From positions 710,983 to 742,982 of the forward strand of contig JAIXQG010000002.1 in NCBI GenBank assembly GCA_027485835.1: a DNA stretch of 32,000 nt, given 5' to 3'. The DNA is from Alphaproteobacteria bacterium (GTDB lineage: Bacteria > Pseudomonadota > Alphaproteobacteria > UBA2136 > UBA6156). The notes below the pieces were generated by a model. The model did no database searches, had not been told where the DNA came from, and was given only the letters and a program-made list of their open reading frames with translations. Position numbers and translations under genes: made by a program. Positions 22,382-29,845 of the stretch are shown here, in pieces; within the stretch, counting starts at the first letter, position 1; each line of letters opens with the position of its first letter.

Positions 22382-23383
22382 TTAGACGTTGTATTTGGGT
22401 GTTCCCGGAGGGGCCTTGCTGTAGGCGATGGCGTTGGTGTGGGTTTTGTCCGGGCGCAAGATATGACGCTGGCTATAGATGTTTTCCGAGTGGCCGAGCA
22501 GCACGAAGCCGTCGTCGTTGAGAATGCTTGAGAGGTTGCGGACAACTTTTTCCTTGCTGGCTTCGTCGAAGTAAATCAGCACGTTGCGGCAGAAGATGAT
22601 ATCGAACTTGCCGAGTGCGCTGGTGCGGGTAGTGTCCATCAGGTTGCCTTCCTGGAAGCGGCACATGGACTTAATATCCGGCTTGATGGTCCAGGTTTCG
22701 GTACCGCCGCCGGTACCCATGGCGTGGTCGAAGTTCTGTTGCAGGATGGAGGCTGGCACGTTGCGGATGTTGTACTTGCGATAAACACCGGCGCGGGCTT
22801 TTTGCAGGGCGTCGTGGCAGATGTCGGTGCCGACCAGTTCAAAGGTCATATCTTTGCCGACGAGGCCCATGTCTTTCAGCATGAGGGCCACGGTATAAAG
22901 TTCGTCGCCGGTGGAGGCGGCGGCGGAGAGGATGCGGAAGCGCATTTGACGCTGGGCCTTACGCGCGAAAATCATCGGCATCAGCACTTCGTCGCGGAAC
23001 GCTTGCAGCTGTGGCTCGTGGCGGTAGAAGAAGGTTTCGTTGATGGTGATCTCGTCGATCAGGAAGCCATATTCGCTGCGGCCGGAGGGGCTTTCTAGGT
23101 ACGCCAGGTAGGCTTCGAAATTCTTGAGGCCGAGGGCTTGGACGCGGAGGTCCAGCTTGCTGGCGATGAAGTAGGATTTGTTGGCTTCGAAGCGCATGCC
23201 GGAGAGCTCGTAAATGAGAGAGGCAAACTTGACGAAGAGAGAATCTGACAACTGCGGCCGGTTGGCGGCATTCACCAAACCTAACGCGGAAGGAGCCGCC
23301 GGAGCGGATGTGGCAGACGACGCCGGTGTGGCGGATGCAAAGGGTGACGTGGAGGGCACGAGTGACATAGCCTGACCCTGCAT
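22382..23383 (-). CDS. cheR: Chemotaxis protein methyltransferase CheR with an Ala/Ser/Pro-rich N-terminal extension
   Basis: FFYRHEPQLQAFRDEVL, a SAM-binding region RILSAAASTGDELYTVALML, and FDIIFCRNVLIYFD. The start is uncertain: TTG 23410, ATG 23383 or ATG 23368, none with a clear SD. Confidence 0.88.
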   Translation of the reverse strand: MQGQAMSLVPSTSPFASATPASSATSAPAAPSALGLVNAANRPQLSDSLFVKFASLIYELSGMRFEANKSYFIASKLDLRVQALGLKNFEAYLAYLESPSGRSEYGFLIDEITINETFFYRHEPQLQAFRDEVLMPMIFARKAQRQMRFRILSAAASTGDELYTVALMLKDMGLVGKDMTFELVGTDICHDALQKARAGVYRKYNIRNVPASILQQNFDHAMGTGGGTETWTIKPDIKSMCRFQEGNLMDTTRTSALGKFDIIFCRNVLIYFDEASKEKVVRNLSSILNDDGFVLLGHSENIYSQRHILRPDKTHTNAIAYSKAPPGTPKYNV

Positions 23384-23450
23384 GGCGGGCGCGTATACCG
23401 CAAGAGGCAATATATGACACGTTTCAGATTTGAAAGAGGGTGTGTGGCTA

Positions 23451-25592
23451 TTAGGCTGTAGTGGGGAGGGGGTTGTCGGTTTCGGCCAGCATTTCGGCGC
23501 GGGGATTGACTGGGAAGCTTTGCGTGGTTTCTACCGCGATGCCGCCATTCAGGCCGTAGCTTTGCAGCATGCTGCCCACCAGTGCTTGCAGGTTTTCGGT
23601 AAAGCCGTCTTCCGGTTGCGTGGTGCGGCGGAGTTTGAGCCAGATGTCTGGGTAGGTTATCAGACCATCCAGCTGGAGGGCACCGATGTTCGACATATCG
23701 ACCTCCACCACAAAGCGTGTGGAGGTGGGGGCACGGGGGTCGTCCTTTTTCTCACGGCGCCAGAAAAAACCACCTTGGCGGGGGTCTTCGCCGGACGCTT
23801 CTACATACGGAAACAGGGTGCCACGCCATTGGTTCTCGCTTTCCGGAGAGGGGCGTTGTTGCAATTGGCTGAGTTGGGAAATGTCGGATGATAGGTCGAT
23901 TCCCATCGCTTTGAGAAGGCGAACGGCTTCGCGGTCGAGGGCCTTTTCGGGATCGTTGGTGCGTAGCGCGTTGGTGAAGGCGATGAGGCCCGGTAACATC
24001 TGGCTGAGTTGGGGGAGGCTTGCGCGCAGGCGGTCGGCTGCGATTGGCGACTGCTGTTGGAGGGCGTGGAGGCCTTGCTGGAGATTCTCCCACCGTGCGC
24101 CGATGGTGCCGACGGTATAGGCTGCCTGCGTTTGGGCGGGCAAAGTAAGACCAAGGATGGTGGCGGCGAGGGAGTCTCCGACACGGATGGTGAGGCCCGC
24201 GCCGAGCGGCATGAGCGCGGTGGGGTTGGTGAGATTGAGTGCCGCTTGCTGGCCAGCCATGGCCGGGGGTGCGGTGAGGGTGAGCAACGGCTGGCCCTGC
24301 TCGTTTTGGCCGGTAATGGTGCCCTGTACGACCATGCCCGGTGCGAGTACCGCGGTTTTGATTTGGGGCGCGACCGGTGCGGCGGTTTGCGGCGTTTGGT
24401 TGCCCTGCAGGTTGGTGTTGGGCTGTTGTTGGCTTTGACTATCCGGCGTGAGAACGCGTTGGACGGCGGCGGAGGGATTGATAGGAATATCCGGCATGAT
24501 GACGATACTTCCGGTTGGGAGGGGTTGTGGGGTGGTGAGTGTAACGGTGGCGCCGCTGGCGAGCAGGGCGGTGTGCTGGCCTGCGGGTTGACCCGGCTGG
24601 GGTGGCAGAATGCGCGCGGCGGTAGGGGTGGGAAGGAGGTCGGGTGTATCCGCAGTCGGGGGGAGAGCCGGAGCGTTTTGCAGGGCGATGGGTTGGTTGG
24701 GAATCTGTGGTACGGCGGTGCTTGGACCGGTGAGAAAGAGTGTGGGTTGGGCTTGGGGTTGTGGGGAGGATGTAGGTGTTGCGGGCGGCAAGATGATGGC
24801 CGCTTGCGGTTGGTTGGGTTTGAGCTCGACACCAAGGTTCAGGGTAATGGGCGTAGTGATGGGCCGGCTGTTGGGAAGTTGCACCGTGGGGCCGTTGGCC
24901 GGTTGCAGCGTGGCGGGTTGCGTACCGTCGGGCTTGAGAGGGCCGGTGGGCACCAGCGTGAGCGGTTGGTTGAGCAGATTTTGCGGCAAGGTGGCGGGTT
25001 GGCTGATGGCGACGGGCCCTGCGGGGACAGGCAGGGGGATCGGTTGGTTGGGGTTGCTGGGTTGTTGGATCGGTTGTGGTTGCGCCAACGCGTTGGCCAG
25101 TGCGTTGGTGATGGCGGTGCTGAGGGCTTGAGGGGAGGTGGCCTCGGCCGCCACCTGTAACACCGGATAAGGAGGTGGTGTGATGGGTTGTTGCGGTGTT
25201 GTGGTTTGGCTCGGTTGGGTAATGATGGCGGCGCCCTGCGCGCCTGCAGAAAGTGTGGCCGGTGAGGGCAAGATTTTGGCTTGAATGACAGGAGCGGTGG
25301 GGGTGGTTTGGTTGGGAAGGAGATCGGCGGGGCTGAGTTGCAGGCGCGTGCCGGTGGGCAGCGCCGGATTTACCGTCGCTTGAAAGATTTGCCCGTTGCT
25401 GGCGGTGAAGGTGAGGGTGTTGCCCTTGCCTTCGGTGACGGTCAGGGTGAACGGTTGGGCGGGGTTTTGGTTGAGAATCTGCATCTTCACGTCGGCAGGG
25501 AGTTGCGGGGTGAAGGTGATGGTGACGGTTTGAGAGACGCCATTACCGGTAAGGCGGTTGAGGAGATTGGGTAGGGCGTCTAATAAATTCAT
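23451..25592 (-). CDS. Pro/Thr/Gln-rich 713-aa protein, probable flagellar hook-length control protein (FliK-like)
   Basis: The ORF-track start 25676 lies inside a repeat, so I trimmed it to ATG 25592 (MNLLDALPNLLNRL...). A very long low-complexity P/T/Q/A region precedes a folded-looking C-terminal ~110 aa (FVVEVDMSNIGALQLDGLITYPDIWLKLRRT...LQALVGSMLQSYGL) that resembles the Flg_hook C-terminal domain. It sits next to cheR and other flagellar genes. Confidence 0.55.
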   Translation of the reverse strand: MNLLDALPNLLNRLTGNGVSQTVTITFTPQLPADVKMQILNQNPAQPFTLTVTEGKGNTLTFTASNGQIFQATVNPALPTGTRLQLSPADLLPNQTTPTAPVIQAKILPSPATLSAGAQGAAIITQPSQTTTPQQPITPPPYPVLQVAAEATSPQALSTAITNALANALAQPQPIQQPSNPNQPIPLPVPAGPVAISQPATLPQNLLNQPLTLVPTGPLKPDGTQPATLQPANGPTVQLPNSRPITTPITLNLGVELKPNQPQAAIILPPATPTSSPQPQAQPTLFLTGPSTAVPQIPNQPIALQNAPALPPTADTPDLLPTPTAARILPPQPGQPAGQHTALLASGATVTLTTPQPLPTGSIVIMPDIPINPSAAVQRVLTPDSQSQQQPNTNLQGNQTPQTAAPVAPQIKTAVLAPGMVVQGTITGQNEQGQPLLTLTAPPAMAGQQAALNLTNPTALMPLGAGLTIRVGDSLAATILGLTLPAQTQAAYTVGTIGARWENLQQGLHALQQQSPIAADRLRASLPQLSQMLPGLIAFTNALRTNDPEKALDREAVRLLKAMGIDLSSDISQLSQLQQRPSPESENQWRGTLFPYVEASGEDPRQGGFFWRREKKDDPRAPTSTRFVVEVDMSNIGALQLDGLITYPDIWLKLRRTTQPEDGFTENLQALVGSMLQSYGLNGGIAVETTQSFPVNPRAEMLAETDNPLPTTA

Positions 25593-25613
25593 TTTGCTCA
25601 AGCTAACAGAACT

Positions 25614-25724
25614 GCGCGGGCTAAAACAGCCCCCCAGCACTTTTTGGCGTGGCTTATGTACTCCATGCCTGTACACAGCGCCCCGCCAAAAAGCACCGGG
25701 ATTTCTGTTTGTAGCCCCGCGCGC
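25614..25724. repeat. Nested-hairpin intergenic repeat, family 1, copy 3
   Basis: Outer arms are GCGCGGGCTAAAACAG (25614-25629) and CTGTTTGTAGCCCCGCGCGC (25705-25724). Inner arms are CTTTTTGGCGTGGC (25640-25653) and GCCCCGCCAAAAAG (25680-25693). The apex is TTATGTAC-N9-GTACAC (25654-25676). Confidence 0.8.
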
Positions 25725-25764
25725 AGGGGCAACGTCGCTGCGCGCCGTACATTGGGCTGTGTAT

Positions 25765-26067
25765 TTACGCGGATTGGGTGAGGATGGTTTTGAGCAGGCC
25801 GGGGAAGCGTTTGTCGAGGTCGGTTTTACGCAGGCTGTTGAAGTGTGTTTGGCCTTGCTTTTCGGTGGCGATGATACCGGACTCGCGCAGGATTTTGAGG
25901 TGGTGGGTGAGCGTGCTACGCGGGGTGTCGCAGCAGACGTCGCCGCAGCTCATGCCTTCGCATTCCGACAGCTTGCGCACGATGGCGAGGCGGGTGGGGT
26001 CGCCCAGCGCGTAGAGGACCTGCGGTAGGTCGAACTCGTGGGTGTCGGGGTGCGTGAAGGAACTCAT
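25765..26067 (-). CDS. ArsR/SmtB-family winged-helix transcriptional regulator
   Basis: The ORF-track start 26316 is trimmed to ATG 26067 (MSSFTHPDTHEF...). LYALGDPTRLAIVRKLSE...STLTHHLKILRESGII is the ArsR-type wHTH signature. Confidence 0.8.
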   Translation of the reverse strand: MSSFTHPDTHEFDLPQVLYALGDPTRLAIVRKLSECEGMSCGDVCCDTPRSTLTHHLKILRESGIIATEKQGQTHFNSLRKTDLDKRFPGLLKTILTQSA

Positions 26068-26203
26068 GCTTTTGAGATAGCAGTTAGGGGTAAGATTTTC
26101 AAGGGCTATTCTGTTATTACGAAAATATCGAAATAAAGATGGACACGCCGGAGAGAGTGTGGTGGGATAGCAATAACGAAACGACAACATGAGGAAGAAC
26201 GAT

Positions 26204-26929
26204 ATGAATCTGAAAGGAAAAACGGCTTTTGTCACCGGTGGTAGCCGCGGAATTGGGGCGGCGATTGTGCGGCGTTTGGTGAAGGATGGCGCGCACGTGG
26301 TGTTTACCACCAGCAAGAGCGTAGACGCGGCGGAAGCGCTTGTGAAAGAACTGGGTGGTGCGGCGAGTTATGTGGTAGCCGACAGCACGGATATGAATGC
26401 CGTGCGCGTGGCGGTGAGAGAGGCTGCGGCCACGCATGGCAGGTTGGATATTTTGGTGAACAATGCCGGTGTGTTTAAGCATGTGGCGGGTGATGAGACG
26501 CTTTACCGATGGCAGCAAGCGGTGAATGTGGACGCGGTGTGGGCCGCCGTGCAGGAGGCGCATAAGGTGCTGGCTGAAGGTGGCCGAATTGTGAACGTGG
26601 GTAGTGTGATGGGTGAGCGGGCGATGATGCCCGGTGTGGCCGAATACAGCGCGACCAAAGCCGCGATTAAGATGTTTACGCAAGGGTGGGCCTTAGATTT
26701 TGCACCGCGTAACATTACGGTCAACACGGTGGCGCCAGGGCCGATTGATACCGACATGAACCCTGATGATGGCGGAGATTTTGCGAATGCGACCAAGGCT
26801 GCCGTGCCGCTGGGCCGCTATGGTAAGCCGGAGGATATTGCGGCGGCGGTGGCGTTTTTGGCAAGTGCCGAAGCCGGGTACATTACCGGTGTGACGCTGT
26901 TGGTAGATGGTGGGATTGGCGCGAAATAG
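26204..26929 (+). CDS. Short-chain dehydrogenase/reductase (classical SDR)
   Basis: GAGGAAG lies 6 nt upstream of ATG 26204. Motifs: TGGSRGIGAA, NNAG, and catalytic YSATKAA (Y-x3-K). The gene is divergent from the ArsR-like gene. Confidence 0.85.
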   Translation: MNLKGKTAFVTGGSRGIGAAIVRRLVKDGAHVVFTTSKSVDAAEALVKELGGAASYVVADSTDMNAVRVAVREAAATHGRLDILVNNAGVFKHVAGDETLYRWQQAVNVDAVWAAVQEAHKVLAEGGRIVNVGSVMGERAMMPGVAEYSATKAAIKMFTQGWALDFAPRNITVNTVAPGPIDTDMNPDDGGDFANATKAAVPLGRYGKPEDIAAAVAFLASAEAGYITGVTLLVDGGIGAK

Positions 26930-26947
26930 GTTAATGGAGAAGGCGAG

Positions 26948-26975
26948 GAGAGGGGCTAGGCCTCTCTCTTTTTTA
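26948..26975 (+). terminator. Rho-independent terminator after the SDR gene
   Basis: GAGAGGGGC (26948-26956), loop tag, GCCTCTCTC (26960-26968), then a T7 run. Confidence 0.8.
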
Positions 26976-27059
26976 TTGTAGGCAAGGGGTTTGATGTGTA
27001 TACGTGTGGGGGAGCTTTGGCTTGGACTGAATGTTTGGCGCCTACCTGTGGAGGGAACC

Positions 27060-27812
27060 ATGGCGAAGACTGTGATTGTGGAATTTGACGTTTTTAACGT
27101 CAACGAGTTGCCTAAAGGTGTGACCTTGAGCGATGTCGTCAGTGTACCGCGAAGTTACGAGATTTACCGTTATTTTGCCGAGCATTTCGATGTATCGGTT
27201 CTCGATATCGAAATTGAAAAAGGGTGCGTTACCAATCTCCATGTCGACGGATTGGATCGTCGCAGCTTGCCTGTAAGGGACGCTGTTCCGACGATTCTGG
27301 AATGGGCCAAGGCCCTGCCGGAAATGGTGATTTATATTCGGACCGAAGGAGATCCGGACGGTCTGTATGAATCGCCTTACCGGATCCAGCGGTCGACGCT
27401 GGAATCGAGCCTTCCGGCCCTGCTGGATGTTTTGCAAACCCAAGACAACTATGGGTTTGTGGTTGATCATGGAATTTTGGTGTCGGATGAGCTTGAGACA
27501 AACGCCTCGGAGCCATCTGAGTGTGTGGCTGATCTTTTGCTCGATGGTAGACCCGTGTCAAAAGTCCTGTTTAAAATGCTCAACCTACGTCTCTCGGAAT
27601 GCGGGTTAAGCCAGAGCTTGGAGAACAAGCTTTCCGAGAAGAATGTCTTGTATGTCGCGGAGTTGGCAACTATGACCGAGAAGGATTTTCTAGCCATGCC
27701 GAATACCGGGAAAAAGACACTCACGGCGGCGAATGAGCTGCTCGGAAGCTTAGATCATCGTTTAAAAGTAGGAATAACCCTTGAAGGTTGGACACGGCCT
27801 GAAACGATGTAA
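27060..27812 (+). CDS. 250-aa protein: unknown N-terminal domain fused to an RNA polymerase alpha C-terminal-domain-like (HhH) module
   Basis: The ORF-track start 26991 is trimmed to ATG 27060, which is preceded by GGAGGG (27050-27055). The C-terminal ~70 aa align colinearly by eye with RpoA alpha-CTD (N-x-L, Y-[IV]-x-[DE]-L, T-E-x-[DE]-[FL]-L, PN-x-GKK-[ST]-LT, LE-x-W). GC is 55/120 (46%) in 27061-27180, against 37/60 (62%) in sampled stretches of both neighbouring genes. Confidence 0.7.
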   Translation: MAKTVIVEFDVFNVNELPKGVTLSDVVSVPRSYEIYRYFAEHFDVSVLDIEIEKGCVTNLHVDGLDRRSLPVRDAVPTILEWAKALPEMVIYIRTEGDPDGLYESPYRIQRSTLESSLPALLDVLQTQDNYGFVVDHGILVSDELETNASEPSECVADLLLDGRPVSKVLFKMLNLRLSECGLSQSLENKLSEKNVLYVAELATMTEKDFLAMPNTGKKTLTAANELLGSLDHRLKVGITLEGWTRPETM

Positions 27813-27823
27813 CGCGATGCTGT

Positions 27824-27852
27824 GAGGCGGGGGTGAGAACCTCCGCCTTTTG
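27824..27852. terminator. Bidirectional terminator between the alpha-CTD-like gene and flhG
   Basis: GGCGGGGG (27826-27833), loop tgagaa, CCTCCGCC (27840-27847), then TTTTGGCGTTTTT. Confidence 0.75.
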
Positions 27853-27858
27853 GCGTTT

Positions 27859-28641
27859 TTAGGCAGCTTTTTGGGAAGGGAGGAGGAGTTTGGGGAGGAG
27901 GGCTTCGATAGCCTCGACGGCCGTGCTTTGCGGATAGGTGAGCGCGGCGATGGCTTGGCTGCGCACGGCGGTGCTGTAGAGTTTGTCGGTGGGAATAATG
28001 CCCAGCAGCGGGAGGGGTGGGAGTTTCAGGAAGTTTTCGGCGGCGGTGGAGAGGCGGGTGTGGACCTGTTGGCCTTCGGTTTTGCTGGCCTGATTGACGA
28101 TGAGGCGCGTGTTGGCGGTGCCGTGATTCTGCCAGAGCAGTTTGATGAGGGCGTAGGCGTCGGTGAGCGAGGAGGGGTCCGGCGTGCTCACCAGCAGGGT
28201 GGCGGTGCTTTGCGCGCACATGATGAGTTGAGCGGGAGCGACACCAGCGGCGACGTCGATCAGGATGACGGTGGCGTTGCTGGTGAGCGCGCGGAGGTCG
28301 GTCAGCAATTGTGTGAGTTGTGGCTGCGTGACGTTGGTGAGGCCGGAGTGGCCGGCGCGGCCGGGAAGCAGTGTGACGCTACCTTTGCCGGTGGAAAGCT
28401 GTGGGATGGGCAGGGCGATGTCGGACAGGGTGGCTTGGCCGGCGAGAACGTGGGCGAGGTCCTTTACCGGTTGCACGTTGAGCTGGACGTCGAGGTTGGC
28501 GAGGCCTGTGTCGCCATCCAGCAGCAGCACATGTTGGCCTTGTTTGGCCAGCAGGGTGGCGAGGTTGAGCGTGAGGGACGTTTTGCCTACACCGCCCTTG
28601 CCGGAGGCGATGGCGAACATCGGGGTGGAGGTGTGGATCAT
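27859..28641 (-). CDS. flhG: MinD/ParA-type flagellar number regulator FlhG (FleN/YlxH-like)
   Basis: The ORF-track start 28695 is trimmed to ATG 28641, which overlaps the flhF stop as ATGA. It has a deviant Walker A (ASGKGGVGKTSLTLNLA) and LLLDGDTGLANLDV. Confidence 0.85.
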   Translation of the reverse strand: MIHTSTPMFAIASGKGGVGKTSLTLNLATLLAKQGQHVLLLDGDTGLANLDVQLNVQPVKDLAHVLAGQATLSDIALPIPQLSTGKGSVTLLPGRAGHSGLTNVTQPQLTQLLTDLRALTSNATVILIDVAAGVAPAQLIMCAQSTATLLVSTPDPSSLTDAYALIKLLWQNHGTANTRLIVNQASKTEGQQVHTRLSTAAENFLKLPPLPLLGIIPTDKLYSTAVRSQAIAALTYPQSTAVEAIEALLPKLLLPSQKAA

Positions 28642-29654
28642 GAGGTGAACTCCCAAGGTTGGCGCGGCAGGGTGCCGAGCGATTGTGCCAGCCATTGCGG
28701 CGTAAGGTTAAGCGGCGCGGCGGCAATATTGCCGTTGTGGGCGGCGAGGCCCAGCGGTAAACCTGCGGCAACGGCGGTGTTGAGGAGGGCGCCGTAGCGG
28801 GTGGTGCAATCCAGCTTGGTGACCACCAGACTTTGCAGGTTGAAACGGTGAGTGGCGACGGGGAGCAGGCCCATATCGTCGGCGTTCATATCGGCCGGAA
28901 TGACGAGGTGGGCGGTGACCGGTAGGCCGAGTGAGTCGAGACGCTGCTTGAGTTGGGCGAAGGCTTGCGGTTGATAGGGGTTGAGCGCGGGGGTATCTAT
29001 GAGAAGCACATGGCGTTTGCCCATGCCCTGTGCGGCCGCGTGCAGGCTGCTGGTGGCGGTGAGGAGGTAGGCTTCGTCGTCGAGCGTTTCGGCGGTGATG
29101 GCCAAGGGTTCGAAGCCCGCAAGTTTTTGGTCATCGAGTGACAAAATACCCGCTTTGCGGCCGCTTTGGTGCAATTGCACCGCCAGTTTGGCGATAAGGG
29201 TGGTTTTGCCACAGCCGGGCGGGCCGAGGAAGAGGTGGGCGCCGCCGGGGGTGAGGGCTTCGGTTGCGGGGACGAAGCGCACCATTTTGGAGAGCAGCAT
29301 GTCCAGCGCTTCGGTCGCCGAAAAACCGGCGGATTGGAGGCCGGGCAGGGCGGCGGTGAGCTTGGTGATAAGCCCTTCGTTGACGCCGTGGTGGCGCAGA
29401 ATGGTATCTAGCCCCGTATGCGGTGTGGCGGTGGGAATGGCGGGGCGTGCGGAGAGGATACTGGCGGGGATGGGTTCGACCGGTTGGGAGGGGGGTTCCG
29501 GTTCGTTGACGGCGGCGGTGATTTCCAGCGTTTGCTCGCCCTGCGCGTTGGTGACCTTGCGCGTGCTGAGGATCAGCGCCTCGGGCCCCAGCTCTTGCCG
29601 GATGATGGTGAGGGCGTCGGCCATCTTTGGAGCCGTGAGGGTTTTTATGCGCAT
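28638..29654 (-). CDS. flhF: SRP-type flagellar biosynthesis GTPase FlhF (divergent G2/G3 motifs)
   Basis: The N-terminus MRIKTLTAPKMADALTIIRQELGPEALILSTRKV is typical FlhF. G1 is GPPGCGKT and G4 is TKLD. The G3 position reads DTPA (28986-28997) rather than DTAG. Confidence 0.85.
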   Translation of the reverse strand: MRIKTLTAPKMADALTIIRQELGPEALILSTRKVTNAQGEQTLEITAAVNEPEPPSQPVEPIPASILSARPAIPTATPHTGLDTILRHHGVNEGLITKLTAALPGLQSAGFSATEALDMLLSKMVRFVPATEALTPGGAHLFLGPPGCGKTTLIAKLAVQLHQSGRKAGILSLDDQKLAGFEPLAITAETLDDEAYLLTATSSLHAAAQGMGKRHVLLIDTPALNPYQPQAFAQLKQRLDSLGLPVTAHLVIPADMNADDMGLLPVATHRFNLQSLVVTKLDCTTRYGALLNTAVAAGLPLGLAAHNGNIAAAPLNLTPQWLAQSLGTLPRQPWEFTS

Positions 29655-29680
29655 ATTAACCTTTTCATTAGCATGGATTA

Positions 29681-29789
29681 GTACGGGCGGAAACGGCCCC
29701 CCAGCACTTTTTGGCGTAGCTTATGTACAATTTGTGCCGTACACGGCGCTCCGCCAAAAAGCACCGGGATGTCCGTTTCTGCCTCGTAC
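29681..29789. repeat. Nested-hairpin intergenic repeat, family 1, copy 4
   Basis: Outer arms are GTACGGGCGGAAACGG (29681-29696) and CCGTTTCTGCCTCGTAC (29773-29789). Inner arms are CTTTTTGGCGTAGC (29707-29720) and GCTCCGCCAAAAAG (29748-29761). The apex is TTATGTAC-N10-GTACAC (29721-29744). Confidence 0.8.
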
Positions 29790-29845
29790 GCAGGGGGTTA
29801 CGCTTTGCGTTGCCCTTCGGGTCCGCCGAAGGGCGACTCTTCGGC

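Noticed and set aside
24009-25160. 383-aa Gly/Arg-rich ORF and several other long ORFs overlapping the FliK-like gene on both strands (e.g. 23801..24835).
   Set aside because: These are mirror frames of a Pro/Thr/Gln-rich low-complexity gene, where CCN/ACN/CAG repeats keep other frames open. Only the 23451..25592 frame ends in a folded-looking domain and fits the context.
27850-28797. 315-aa ORF antisense to flhG, and the 275-aa ORF 29095..29922 antisense to flhF.
   Set aside because: The sense frames carry Walker A/G-motifs. The antisense products are G/R/A-rich with no motifs.
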